DNA from: Nitrospirae bacterium RIFCSPHIGHO2_01_FULL_66_17
Lineage (GTDB): Bacteria > Nitrospirota > Nitrospiria > 2-01-FULL-66-17
Direction: 5' to 3'
Assembly: GCA_001803875.1 (NCBI GenBank)
Contig: MHEO01000019.1
Location: 4,394-43,039, forward strand
DNA: 38,646 nt
In this document: positions 1 to 9,167 of the stretch, piece after piece
How the letters are laid out: each line of letters opens with the position of its first letter
Numbering within the stretch: position 1 is the first letter of the stretch
Position numbers and translations under genes: made by a program
Notes under the pieces: generated by a model
What the model saw: only the letters and a program-made list of their open reading frames with translations
What the model was told of the DNA's origin: nothing
Databases searched by the model: none

Positions 1-611
1 CGTTCCCGTCGCCGGTGCTGATGGCCGAGATTCGACGCCCGGGAACGCCGTCGGGCGAACCGTCCCTCTGGTGGGATGTTCGGAGCGAGACATTTCCCCA
101 AGAATGGGAAGTGGGGGTGACGTCGGATCAGCCGGGGGTCCCGGTCACGCTGACTTGGACGGCTCCCCCGACGGTGGCCGGTCAGTGCGGCCAGGTGTCG
201 TGGACGATGCGGGACATGCTGACCAGCCAGCCGATTGACTTGACGGCGTCCGCCGCCACGCATGGCTACGCCAACCAGGTCGGGACCGTAAGACGATTCC
301 TCGTGACGGCCGCCGTCGTTTCCGCCGGGTCGCCGCCTCCCGCGCCGTTTAACGTGTGGATCCCTCGTCAGGGCCGCGGCAGCGCGTATCTCGCGTGGTC
401 GGGACCTCGGGATCCGGCCTTGCGGTATCACGTGTATCGCGAGGATGGCCGGGGCCGGGTGCGGGTCACGTCGTTTCCCCAGAGCGCCGCGAGTTATCTG
501 GACTCCGGGCTCGACGGCGCCGGATCGGTCACGTACCGGGTGACGGCGGTGGATGCCCAGGGCTGCGAGAGTGCCGACTCTCCCGCCGCGGTCGTCGCGC
601 ACCGCCGGTAG
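1..611 (+). CDS. 5'-truncated protein with C-terminal fibronectin type III-like domain
   Basis: The reading frame is open to the window edge, with no in-frame stop upstream of the ATG at 15. The last ~90 aa (PPAPFNVWIPRQGRGSAYLAWSG..YHVYRED..VTYRVTAVDAQGCES) show an FN3-like strand pattern. Stop TAG at 609-611. Confidence 0.55.
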   Translation, partial: FPSPVLMAEIRRPGTPSGEPSLWWDVRSETFPQEWEVGVTSDQPGVPVTLTWTAPPTVAGQCGQVSWTMRDMLTSQPIDLTASAATHGYANQVGTVRRFLVTAAVVSAGSPPPAPFNVWIPRQGRGSAYLAWSGPRDPALRYHVYREDGRGRVRVTSFPQSAASYLDSGLDGAGSVTYRVTAVDAQGCESADSPAAVVAHRR

Positions 612-617
612 CGAGCG

Positions 618-947
618 ATGGAAAAACAACAGCGGACCCGGCGAACCAAGCGGATCGAAGTTCGGTTCGGTCCCGAACGGCCCACCGACCTGGGATTTAC
701 GATCGACGTGTCGGAGACGGGGCTGTTCGTCAAAAGCAATACGGTCTATCCACCCGACACCCGGTTGGTGTTGGAGCTCTCCCTCTCCGACAGGCGCGTG
801 CTCTCGCTTCGCGGCCGGGTGATGTGGGCCAAGCGCGTGCCGCCTCAGTTGGCCCGTCACCTCAGGAAGACCGGCATGGGCGTTGAGTTGATCGACCCTC
901 CCTCCGAGTATCTCGATCTGGTCAAGGCGTTGTCCTCCGCGGTTTGA
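618..947 (+). CDS. PilZ domain (c-di-GMP binding) protein, 109 aa
   Basis: Canonical PilZ motifs are present: RxxxR (RRTKR) near the N-terminus and DxSxxG (DVSETG). Confidence 0.8.
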   Translation: MEKQQRTRRTKRIEVRFGPERPTDLGFTIDVSETGLFVKSNTVYPPDTRLVLELSLSDRRVLSLRGRVMWAKRVPPQLARHLRKTGMGVELIDPPSEYLDLVKALSSAV

Positions 948-973
948 CTTCATTTTCCGCCGCTCGCTATAAT
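944..973 (+). promoter_or_regulatory. sigma70-type promoter for thiS (TTGACT-18-TATAAT)
   Basis: TTGACT at 944-949, an 18-nt spacer, and TATAAT at 968-973. The thiS ATG at 990 leaves only a ~10-nt leader. Confidence 0.5.
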
Positions 974-989
974 CGACCAGCGGAGCGAC

Positions 990-1226
990 ATGGCGAGCGT
1001 GGGCACTCATGACTTCGTGACGGTCACCGTCAACGGGGCGGTTTCCGCGCTGCCCCGCGGGACGACGATTGATCGACTGCTCGCCGATCTCGGCGTCATC
1101 GCGGATCGCGTGGTGGTCGAAGTGAATCTGTCGGTCGTCGAGCGGGGCGCCTTCGCGACCACGACGATCGAGGAGGGGGATCGCGTTGAAATCGTCAATT
1201 TCGTCGGAGGCGGGCATGGCGGATGA
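990..1226 (+). CDS. thiS: Sulfur carrier protein ThiS (ubiquitin-fold), 78 aa
   Basis: Small protein ending in ..VGGGHGG (C-terminal Gly-Gly). It lies immediately upstream of thiG and overlaps it. Confidence 0.85.
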   Translation: MASVGTHDFVTVTVNGAVSALPRGTTIDRLLADLGVIADRVVVEVNLSVVERGAFATTTIEEGDRVEIVNFVGGGHGG

Positions 1227-1992
1227 CCGCTTGCGCATCGGCTCGATCGAGCTGAAATCCCGCCTGATCGTCGGAACCGGGAAATTCAAGGACTTCGCGG
1301 AAACCAAGCGGGTGATCGACGCCTCCGGCGCCGACATGGTGACGGTCGCGGTCCGACGCGTCAACATTACCGATCGCGCCAGTGAAAACCTGCTGGACTA
1401 CCTTAACCCCAAAGAGTATCGGATTCTGCCGAATACCGCAGGATGCTATACCGCTGAGGAGGCGATTCGCACGGCGCGCCTCGCGCGCGCGGCCGGCGTG
1501 TCCGATCTGGTCAAGCTCGAGGTGATCGGCGACCAGCGGACGCTCTTTCCGGACACCGACGCGCTGTTGCAGGCCGCCAAGGTCCTGGTCAAGGAAGGAT
1601 TCGTCGTTCTGCCGTACACCACGGATGACCCGATCATGGCCAAGAAGCTCGAGGATGCCGGGTGCGCGGCGGTGATGCCGCTGGCGGCGCCGATCGGATC
1701 GGGATTGGGCATCCGCAACCCCTATAATCTTCGAATCATCCTGGAAACGATCAAGGTGCCGGTCATCGTGGACGCGGGGGTCGGAACCGCGTCCGACGCG
1801 GCGATCGCCATGGAGCTGGGGTGCGCCGGCGTGCTGATGAACACCGCCATCGCGGGCGCGCGCGATCCGTTCATGATGGCGGAGGCCATGCGAAGCGCGG
1901 TCCTGGCCGGGCGGCTGGCCTATCGCGCCGGTCGGATCCGAAAGCGGCTCTACGCCACCGCCTCGAGCCCGCTGGACGATCTGATCGAATAG
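1216..1992 (+). CDS. thiG: Thiazole synthase ThiG
   Basis: Strong family resemblance (LIVGTGKF.., [42 protein letters not shown]). I prefer the ATG at 1216, preceded by a GGAGG RBS at ~1203, over the track start at 1186. It overlaps the thiS stop by 11 nt. Confidence 0.95.
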   Translation: MADDRLRIGSIELKSRLIVGTGKFKDFAETKRVIDASGADMVTVAVRRVNITDRASENLLDYLNPKEYRILPNTAGCYTAEEAIRTARLARAAGVSDLVKLEVIGDQRTLFPDTDALLQAAKVLVKEGFVVLPYTTDDPIMAKKLEDAGCAAVMPLAAPIGSGLGIRNPYNLRIILETIKVPVIVDAGVGTASDAAIAMELGCAGVLMNTAIAGARDPFMMAEAMRSAVLAGRLAYRAGRIRKRLYATASSPLDDLIE

Positions 1993-2079
1993 GGGCGCCA
2001 GCCGGTCTGAATAAACGGCGAGCGACCACGGTTTTCCCTGTAGGCGGAGAATACCCGCCGTGAAGCCCGCGGGGTTCGG

Positions 2080-2811
2080 ATGACGCCCGATTGGTTGCTC
2101 TACCTGATCACCGATCGCCATCTCATCGGTGATCGTCCGTTGACCGAAGTGGTGGCCGCCGCCTTGCATGGCGGAATCCGCGCCATTCAGCTCCGCGAGA
2201 AAGACCTCTCCAGCCGCGATCTGCTCCGCCACGCGACCGACCTCATCCCCCTGACCCGCAGCGCGGGAGCCGTCCTGCTCATCAACGATCGGATCGATGT
2301 AGCGTTGGCGGTCGGGGCCGACGGAGTCCATCTGCGGACCGACAGCCTGCCGACGCGGGTCGTGCGACGCGTCCTCGGCCCCCGAAAGCTGATCGGCGTC
2401 TCGACCCACTCGCTCGCCGACGTTCGCCGGGCCGCCGAGGAGGGCGCCGACTTCGTCACCTTCGGGCCGGTGTTCGCGACGCCGTCAAAAGCCCGATACG
2501 GCCGGCCGCTGGGGCTCGACGCGCTCGCCGAGGTGTGTCGGTGGAGCCCGATTCCGGTGTATGCGCTGGGCGGCATGGGAGGGGACCGCATCGCGTCGGC
2601 GATGGCCGCGGGCGCGCGGGGCGTCGCCATGATCTCCGCAGTCATGTCTCAACGGGATGTTCGCTCGGCGGCGGCGGCGTGCCTGGCGGCCGCCGAAGTG
2701 CACGGGCCGGCCGCGCGGTTGACCCACGTTTCCGCGGGTGTTACAATTCAGTCACACACAGGCGCCTCGCGGAATACCTCGATAGGATTATTAGGAAGGG
2801 AGGGGCCATGA
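2080..2811 (+). CDS. thiE: Thiamine-phosphate synthase ThiE with ~35-40 aa C-terminal extension
   Basis: ThiE-like sequence (LYLITD.., [50 protein letters not shown]). The stop TGA at 2809-2811 overlaps the mpa ATG (ATGA). Confidence 0.9.
   Translation: MTPDWLLYLITDRHLIGDRPLTEVVAAALHGGIRAIQLREKDLSSRDLLRHATDLIPLTRSAGAVLLINDRIDVALAVGADGVHLRTDSLPTRVVRRVLGPRKLIGVSTHSLADVRRAAEEGADFVTFGPVFATPSKARYGRPLGLDALAEVCRWSPIPVYALGGMGGDRIASAMAAGARGVAMISAVMSQRDVRSAAAACLAAAEVHGPAARLTHVSAGVTIQSHTGASRNTSIGLLGREGP
2719..2747 (+). promoter_or_regulatory. Internal sigma70-type promoter for the Pup-proteasome operon, inside the thiE 3' end
   Basis: TTGACC at 2719-2724, a 17-nt spacer containing an extended -10 TG, and TACAAT at 2742-2747. 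A locally AT-richer leader follows, with a GGAAGGGAGGGG RBS before the ATG at 2808. Confidence 0.5.
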
Positions 2812-4559
2812 GCGAGTCAAAACGACAATCGGGCAAGCTCAATTCCTTAAAATCCACGCTCAGAAAGTTGCAGGACCAGCTGGCCGGCAACGATTCCGAC
2901 GAGCCCTTGGCCTATCGCCGCGAGATCGAGAAGCTGCAAGTCCAGATCCGAACGATGGAAGAGGAGCTCCACGAGACGGCGCAATCTCGGGATCAGCTCC
3001 AGCAGGCCCATCGACAGAACGAAAAGCTGATCCTGGCATTGCAGGAGGCGCGGGAGCAGATCGAGGCGCTCAAGATCGAGGTCGAAAAGCTCACCGCCCC
3101 GCCGTCCTCGTATGCGATTTTCTCCGACTCGAACGACGACGGGACCGTCAACATCTACATCGCGGGCCGGAAGATGAAGGTGAATCTCCACCCTGATGTG
3201 AAGGTTGGGGAGCTGCGGAAGGGGCAACAACTCGTCCTCAACGAGGCGCTCAATGTGGTGGAGGCGTGCGACTTTGAGATCCAGGGCGAGGTGGTCCGGC
3301 TCAAGGATCTGCTGAGCGAACACCGCGCGATCGTGTCGTTGCGGGGCGATGAAGAGCGGGTCGCGGAAATCGCCGCCCCCTTGCTCGGCGAGCGCCTGAG
3401 CGTGGGGGACCACGTCCTGTTTGACACGCGTTCGGGCTACCTGCTGGAGAAGCTGCCCAAATCCGAGGTCGAGGAAGTGGTGTTGGAAGAGGTGCCCGAC
3501 GTGAGCTACGAGCAGATCGGGGGCCTGACGGACCAGATCGAACAGATTCGCGACGCCGTCGAACTGCCCTTCCTCCATAAAGATCTCTTCGCGGAATATC
3601 ACCTGTCTCCGCCCAAGGGCATCCTGCTGTACGGTCCTCCCGGGTGCGGCAAGACGCTGATCGCGAAGGCGGTGGCCAACTCGATCGCGAAGAAGCTGGG
3701 CCACCTGACGGGGCGTGAGGTGAAGAGCTTCTTCCTGCACGTCAAAGGTCCAGAGTTGCTGAACAAATACGTGGGTGAAAGCGAGCGCCAGATCCGCGAG
3801 GTGTTCAAAAAGGCCAAAGAAAGAGCCCAGGAAGGGATGCCCGTCATCGTCTTCTTCGACGAGATGGACTCGCTCTTCCGCACGCGGGGGACGGGTATCT
3901 CATCGGATGTGGAGTCCACCATCGTGCCACAGTTCCTGGCCGAGATCGACGGAGTGGAGCGGCTCCGGAACGTGATCGTGATCGGGGCGAGCAATCGGCA
4001 GGATTTGATCGATCCGGCCGTCCTGCGTCCCGGTCGCCTCGACGTGAAGATTCGGATCGATCGGCCCGATCGCCGTGCGGCGAAGGACATCTTGGGGAAA
4101 TACCTCTCGACCGATCTCCCGTATCACCTCTCCGACGGCCGGACGGTCGCGGAGGTCGTGCCCGACCTGATCGACCAGGTGGTCGATCACATGTACAGCG
4201 CAAGCGAGGAGAACAAGTTCCTCGAAGTGACCTACGCCAATGGTGAGAAGGAGACGCTGTATTTTAAGGATTTCGCCAGCGGAGCGGTCATCGAAGGGGT
4301 CGTTTCGCGCGCGAAGAAATACGCGATCAAGCGCATCATCGCGACCAGCGAGCGCGGCATCCGCCTCGAGGACCTCCTCAAGGCCGTGCGGGATGAGTTC
4401 CGCGAGCAGGAGGATCTTCCAAACACCACCAACCCGGACGACTGGGCGAAGATCGCCGGGCGCAAGACCGAGAAGATCGTCCATGTCCGGACGATCACGA
4501 CCAGCCGGGCCACCGAATCGCGGAAGATCGAGACCGTCACAACCGGGCACTATTTATGA
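2808..4559 (+). CDS. mpa: Proteasome-associated AAA+ ATPase Mpa/ARC, 583 aa
   Basis: Long N-terminal coiled coil ([33 protein letters not shown]), Walker A GPPGCGKT, Walker [10 protein letters not shown], and a C-terminal GHYL (cf. the GQYL proteasome-docking motif). ATG at 2808 with a strong RBS. The track ORF 2535-4559 is an upstream extension. Confidence 0.95.
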   Translation: MSESKRQSGKLNSLKSTLRKLQDQLAGNDSDEPLAYRREIEKLQVQIRTMEEELHETAQSRDQLQQAHRQNEKLILALQEAREQIEALKIEVEKLTAPPSSYAIFSDSNDDGTVNIYIAGRKMKVNLHPDVKVGELRKGQQLVLNEALNVVEACDFEIQGEVVRLKDLLSEHRAIVSLRGDEERVAEIAAPLLGERLSVGDHVLFDTRSGYLLEKLPKSEVEEVVLEEVPDVSYEQIGGLTDQIEQIRDAVELPFLHKDLFAEYHLSPPKGILLYGPPGCGKTLIAKAVANSIAKKLGHLTGREVKSFFLHVKGPELLNKYVGESERQIREVFKKAKERAQEGMPVIVFFDEMDSLFRTRGTGISSDVESTIVPQFLAEIDGVERLRNVIVIGASNRQDLIDPAVLRPGRLDVKIRIDRPDRRAAKDILGKYLSTDLPYHLSDGRTVAEVVPDLIDQVVDHMYSASEENKFLEVTYANGEKETLYFKDFASGAVIEGVVSRAKKYAIKRIIATSERGIRLEDLLKAVRDEFREQEDLPNTTNPDDWAKIAGRKTEKIVHVRTITTSRATESRKIETVTTGHYL

Positions 4560-6034
4560 CGCCTCGCATCCTCGGCACCGAGACGGAATTCGGGGTTGCG
4601 GTGAAGGACGCCGGTGTCCAGGACCCGGTGTCGAACGCCATTCTGTTGGTCAACAGCGTTGCCGCGGTGCCGTCCCGCACCACGCTGTGGGATTACGAGA
4701 ACGAGAACCCCCTCGTCGATGCCCGCGGGTTTGAGGTGGAAGGGGAGAAGGAGCGTCCCGCGCCGGACTACAATCGGTTGCTCAACAAGCTACTCGGAAA
4801 CGGCGGGCGCCTATACGTAGACGGGGCGCACCCCGAGTATGCGACGCCAGAGTGCACGCGGATCGCGGACGTCGTGCGGTATGAAAAAGCCGGCGAGCGG
4901 ATTGTGGAAGCGTGCCGGATGGGCGCCGACCGCACGAGCGGCGATCGTCGGTTCGTGATCTACAAGAACAACACCGACGGGAAGGGAAACAGTTACGGTT
5001 ACCACGAAAATTACCTCGTCTCGCGCTCCGTTCCCTTCATGCGGTTCGCGACGCATCTGACCCCCTTTTTCGTCACCCGGCAGATTTTCGCGGGGGCGGG
5101 CAAGGTGGGGGCGGAAAACCGCGCGGACTCCGCGCCGTACCAGATGTCGCAGCGCGCGGACTTCTTTGAGGTCCTGGTAGATTTGAACACCATGGTCAAG
5201 CGTCCGATCATCAACACGCGAGACGAACCCCACGCCGACCCCGCGAAGTACCGAAGGCTGCACGTGATCGTCGGCGATGCGAACATGTCCGAGGTCACGA
5301 CGTACCTCAAGTTGGGGGTCACGGCCCTCGTCGTGTCGATGATCGAAGAGGGCTACATGGTCAAGGAACCGAAGTTGGCCGACGCGGTGCGCTCGATCAA
5401 GGACGTGTCGCGCGATCTGACGCTCAAGCAGCCGATCGCGCTGGACGACGGCCGCCAATGGACTGCGGTGCAGGTCCAGGAGTATTATTTAGAAACCGCG
5501 CACCGTTATTGTGCGGAGCGCGGCGCCGATCCCGAAACCAAAGATATCCTGGCCCGCTGGGAGCGGGTGCTGAGGCTGCTGGCGAGCGATCCGTCGCAGT
5601 TGTCGCGTGAGATTGATTGGGTGATCAAGCAGGATCTCCTGCAATCGTACATCGACCGCAAGGGCTGCGATTGGGATGACCCTCGCGTGGCCATGATGGA
5701 TTTGCAGTACCACGATCTTCGGCCGGAGAAAGGCTTGTTTGCCACGTTGGACAAGGGTGGGTACGTCGATCGGCTCGTCGATCCGAACACCATCGACGAG
5801 GCGTTGACGGCGCCTCCGACCGATACCCGGGCGTATTTTCGAGGGCGATGCCTCCAAAAGTTTCCGGACCGAGTCTACGCCGCCAGTTGGGCGTCGATTC
5901 TCTTTGATGTGGGGCAGGCGGTGGTCAAACGCATTCCCCTCAATGAACCCGCGCGGGGGACCAAGGCGCTGGTCGGCGCCTTGCTGGACGAGTCGGACAC
6001 GGTGGAGGCGCTCGTCTCGCGCCTCAGCGCTTAA
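4556..6034 (+). CDS. dop: Pup deamidase/depupylase Dop, 492 aa
   Basis: Dop/PafA-family fold with Dop-specific features: [17 protein letters not shown] and an extra loop, plus a C-terminal [43 protein letters not shown]. The ATG overlaps the mpa stop (ATGA). Confidence 0.9.
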   Translation: MTPRILGTETEFGVAVKDAGVQDPVSNAILLVNSVAAVPSRTTLWDYENENPLVDARGFEVEGEKERPAPDYNRLLNKLLGNGGRLYVDGAHPEYATPECTRIADVVRYEKAGERIVEACRMGADRTSGDRRFVIYKNNTDGKGNSYGYHENYLVSRSVPFMRFATHLTPFFVTRQIFAGAGKVGAENRADSAPYQMSQRADFFEVLVDLNTMVKRPIINTRDEPHADPAKYRRLHVIVGDANMSEVTTYLKLGVTALVVSMIEEGYMVKEPKLADAVRSIKDVSRDLTLKQPIALDDGRQWTAVQVQEYYLETAHRYCAERGADPETKDILARWERVLRLLASDPSQLSREIDWVIKQDLLQSYIDRKGCDWDDPRVAMMDLQYHDLRPEKGLFATLDKGGYVDRLVDPNTIDEALTAPPTDTRAYFRGRCLQKFPDRVYAASWASILFDVGQAVVKRIPLNEPARGTKALVGALLDESDTVEALVSRLSA

Positions 6035-6093
6035 CCGGCCTGGGGCGTGCGGGCGCCGCGGGTTCCTAGCCTGCCGCAAGGGGGGTGATGACG

Positions 6094-6291
6094 ATGTCGC
6101 AGGAGAAGAAACGAGACCTGAAAAAAGTGGGTCGGCGCGACGAAGCGTCGGCAAGCCCCAACCCTGAAACCGTCGAAAAAGGAAAGAAGATGAAGGAAAA
6201 CATCGACAAGCTGCTCGATGAAATCGACGAGGTGTTGGAAGAGAACGCCGAGGAGTTTGTCAAAAACTACGTTCAAAAAGGAGGCGAGTGA
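6094..6291 (+). CDS. pup: Prokaryotic ubiquitin-like protein Pup, ending in GGE
   Basis: C-terminal half IDKLLDEIDEVLEENAEEFVKNYVQKGGE closely matches the conserved Pup helix and tail. The AAGGGGG RBS at ~6079-6085 favours the ATG at 6094; alternative starts are GTG 6085 and ATG 6088. Confidence 0.95.
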   Translation: MSQEKKRDLKKVGRRDEASASPNPETVEKGKKMKENIDKLLDEIDEVLEENAEEFVKNYVQKGGE

Positions 6292-7103
6292 CGGTGGTCT
6301 TCGACCCCGAACAGCTCGGATCAAGTTTTTACGATTTACTGATCACCCAGTACCCGCATCTCAGCCCCGGCCGTCCGATTCCTTGGACGGCCGGTCCGTC
6401 CCATGCGGACGCGTCTCCGCTTGCGGCGGCGGTTCCTCACGGGACCACGATTTTGGCCATTCGGTACGCGGGGGGGGTGGTGATTGCCGGCGATCGCCGG
6501 GCCACCGAGGGGTATCAAATCTCGGGCCGTCGCATCGAGAAGGTGTATAAGGTTGATGACTGGTCCGCGATGGCGATCGCCGGGGCGGCCGGTCCGTGCC
6601 TCGATATGGTCCGCCTGTTTCAAACCGAGTTGGAACACTACGAAAAACTCGAGGGCACCCCGCTGTCCGTCGACGGCAAGGCGAACAAGCTGGCCCAAAT
6701 GGTCAAAGGCAATTTGCCGTCGGCGTTCCAGGGGCTGATCGTGATCCCGCTCTTCGCCGGTTACGACGCGCGCCAGCGTGAGGGGCGGATTTTCAAATAC
6801 GACATCGCGGGGGGACGGTACGAAGAGACCGATTACCACGCGACCGGTTCCGGCGGGAAAGACGCCAAAACGGCGATCAAGCAGTATTATAAATCCGGTC
6901 TGAACGAGCATGAAGCGATCGGGTTGGCGGTGGAGGCGTTGTGCAATGCGGCCGAAGAGGACGTCGCGACCGGCGGACCGGATCCCAACCGGGGCATCTA
7001 TCCGACGGTGAAAACCGTGTCTGCGGCGGGGATTGTCGACGTCCCCTCCGAACGGATCGCGCCGTTTTATACGGCGTTCTTGGAAAAGCGGCGGGAGCGC
7101 TAA
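6288..7103 (+). CDS. prcB: 20S proteasome beta subunit PrcB with ~52-aa propeptide
   Basis: The HG|TTILAIRYAGGVVIAGDRRAT motif marks the propeptide cleavage site before the catalytic Thr. The GTG start overlaps the pup stop (GTGA). Confidence 0.95.
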   Translation: MTVVFDPEQLGSSFYDLLITQYPHLSPGRPIPWTAGPSHADASPLAAAVPHGTTILAIRYAGGVVIAGDRRATEGYQISGRRIEKVYKVDDWSAMAIAGAAGPCLDMVRLFQTELEHYEKLEGTPLSVDGKANKLAQMVKGNLPSAFQGLIVIPLFAGYDARQREGRIFKYDIAGGRYEETDYHATGSGGKDAKTAIKQYYKSGLNEHEAIGLAVEALCNAAEEDVATGGPDPNRGIYPTVKTVSAAGIVDVPSERIAPFYTAFLEKRRER

Positions 7104-7781
7104 ATGGCCTTACCCTACTACGTCTCGCCCGAACTGATCATGCAGGACAAGGCCGAGTATGCCAAGAAGGGCATCGCCCGCGGGCGCTCGACCGTCGCCA
7201 TGGAGTACGAGCACGGCGTGGTGCTCATGGCGGACAACCCCAGCGTGTCACTCAACAAGATCTCTGAGATCTACGACCACATCGCCTTCGCCGGCGCGGG
7301 GAAATACAGCGAGTTTGAGAATCTTCGGAAGGCGGGGATTCGTCACGCGGACATGAAGGGGTATCTCTACAGCCGAGAAGACGTGACGACCAAATCCTTG
7401 GCGAACGCCTACTCCCAGAGCCTTGGGACCATCTTCAGCCAGGAGATCAAGCCCCTGGAGGTCGAGATCCTGGTGGTCGGGCTTGGCGAGGGCGAGACCT
7501 CCGAGATGTACCGGATCTCGTTCGACGGCAGCATCTTTGACGAGAAGCTCGTCGCGGTGATCGGTGGTCGATCTGAGGCGATTATGGCGCACCTCAAGCA
7601 GCAGGTCGAGGGCCCGCGGCCCCTCCCTGACGCGCTCAAAAAAGGGTTGGAGGCGCTGGCGAGCGTCGGGCAACCGGAGCTTCGCTTGCAGCAGATGGAG
7701 ATCGCCGTGCTGGATCGCCGCCGATCCGGACGGAAGTTCAGGCGGTTGTCGCAGGCGGAGCTGATCGACCTCAGCGGGTGA
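7104..7781 (+). CDS. prcA: 20S proteasome alpha subunit PrcA
   Basis: Alpha-subunit-like sequence (YYVSPELIMQDKAEYAKKGIARGRS..). The ATG immediately follows the prcB TAA with a 0-nt gap. Confidence 0.93.
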   Translation: MALPYYVSPELIMQDKAEYAKKGIARGRSTVAMEYEHGVVLMADNPSVSLNKISEIYDHIAFAGAGKYSEFENLRKAGIRHADMKGYLYSREDVTTKSLANAYSQSLGTIFSQEIKPLEVEILVVGLGEGETSEMYRISFDGSIFDEKLVAVIGGRSEAIMAHLKQQVEGPRPLPDALKKGLEALASVGQPELRLQQMEIAVLDRRRSGRKFRRLSQAELIDLSG

Positions 7782-9166
7782 CTCGAATGATGCCCCCACG
7801 CATATTCGGACTCGAGAACGAATACGGGTTGATCTTTTCTCCCAACGGCCGGGTGTATCTGCCGATGGAGAAAATTCTGGGATACATCTTCGAAGGACTC
7901 ATCCCCAACAGTTGGCCGTCCAACGCCTTTTTGTGCAACGGGGCTCGGTTTTATCAAGACACCGGCTGTCACCCGGAGTACTCCACACCGGAATGCGATC
8001 ACCTGCGAGACCTTGTCATCCACGACAAAGCCGGCGAGCGGCTCTTGGAAGCCTGCCTACCGATGGCGGAGAAGCGCCTGCGCGAAGAAGGCCTCATCGG
8101 CGAGATTTACATTTTCAAGAACAACACCGATTCGATGGGGAACACCTACGGGTGTCACGAAAATTATCTGATGCGGCGCGATCTCGATTTCTGGAAAATC
8201 ACGGAGCAACTCATCCCGTTTTTCGTCACGCGCCAGATCTTTGCGGGAGCGGGCAAGGTGCTGAAAGTCTCCGGCCGGACCCATTTCTTTCTGTCCCAGC
8301 GGGCGCAGCACATCCACGAAAAGACCTCGTCCTCGACGACCTCGTCGCGGAGCATCATCAACACACGGGATGAGCCCCACGCGGACGCCGAAAAATATCG
8401 CCGGTTGCACATCATCGTCGGTGACTCGAACATGTCCGAACTGGCAACCTATCTGAAAGTCGGCACGACGGCGGTCGTACTCTCGATGATCGAGGAAGGA
8501 TTCACGGTCAAGGGTATGGAACTCGAGGATCCCGTCAAGGCGATCCGGGACATCTCCCGCGATCCGACGCTGAAGAAGCGCGTTCGACTCGAGGACGGCC
8601 GCGAATGGACGGCCCTTGAGATCCAGATGACGTACTGGGAGCGGGCGCAGGCGTACCTCGCGGCCCTGGGGTCGAGCGCCGACGAGACGACCCGGGACCT
8701 GATCGAGTATTGGGGAGACGTGTTACAGAAGTTGGCGACGAATCCGATGGAATTGGCTCAGGAGCTTGACTGGGTCATCAAAAAGAACGTGATGGATTCG
8801 TTCATCGCGCGCAAGAACTGCGGATGGGACGATCCCCGCGTCGCATTGATGGATCTCCAGTATCACGACGTGAAGCGGAATCGCGGGCTGTACTACCTGT
8901 TGGAGCGGCAGGATGTGGTCGAGCGGTTGGCGACCGAAGAGGAGATTCAGCGGGCCATGACGGTGCCGCCCCAGTCCACGCGGGCAAAAGTCCGTGGTGA
9001 TTTCATCAAGTTTGCGAAGGAGAAGAACCGGTCCTACACCGTCGACTGGACCTATTTGAAACTCAACGGGTACTGGGAGGAGACGATCCTCTGCATGGAC
9101 CCCTTCTCCAGTTCGAACAAACGCGTCGACGAACTGATCGCGGGCGTCGCTGTTTCCCACCGCTGA
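7778..9166 (+). CDS. pafA: Pup ligase PafA, 462 aa
   Basis: PafA-type sequence: [81 protein letters not shown], and a C-terminal VDWTYLKLN. GTG 7778 overlaps the prcA stop; ATG 7787 and 7790 are alternative starts. Confidence 0.93.
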   Translation: MTRMMPPRIFGLENEYGLIFSPNGRVYLPMEKILGYIFEGLIPNSWPSNAFLCNGARFYQDTGCHPEYSTPECDHLRDLVIHDKAGERLLEACLPMAEKRLREEGLIGEIYIFKNNTDSMGNTYGCHENYLMRRDLDFWKITEQLIPFFVTRQIFAGAGKVLKVSGRTHFFLSQRAQHIHEKTSSSTTSSRSIINTRDEPHADAEKYRRLHIIVGDSNMSELATYLKVGTTAVVLSMIEEGFTVKGMELEDPVKAIRDISRDPTLKKRVRLEDGREWTALEIQMTYWERAQAYLAALGSSADETTRDLIEYWGDVLQKLATNPMELAQELDWVIKKNVMDSFIARKNCGWDDPRVALMDLQYHDVKRNRGLYYLLERQDVVERLATEEEIQRAMTVPPQSTRAKVRGDFIKFAKEKNRSYTVDWTYLKLNGYWEETILCMDPFSSSNKRVDELIAGVAVSHR

Positions 9167-9167
9167 C

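Noticed and set aside
2535-2807. An upstream extension of the mpa ORF (674-aa track version), and analogous N-terminal extensions for rodA (15429), kamA (24326), hemW (28031), the TPR lipoprotein (30036) and pdxT (35316).
   Set aside because: The extensions overlap the preceding genes and are Arg/Gly/Pro-rich. Each precedes an internal start that has a good RBS or a 4-nt stop/start overlap and that matches the N-terminus expected for the family.
990-6291. Possible functional link between the ubiquitin-fold ThiS (C-terminal GG) and Pup (C-terminal GGE), which lie in the same co-directional gene string.
   Set aside because: ThiS sits with thiG/thiE in a standard thiamine context, and Pup is unrelated in fold and chemistry. 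The adjacency is adequately explained by operon packing, and no E1-like or JAMM gene is present.
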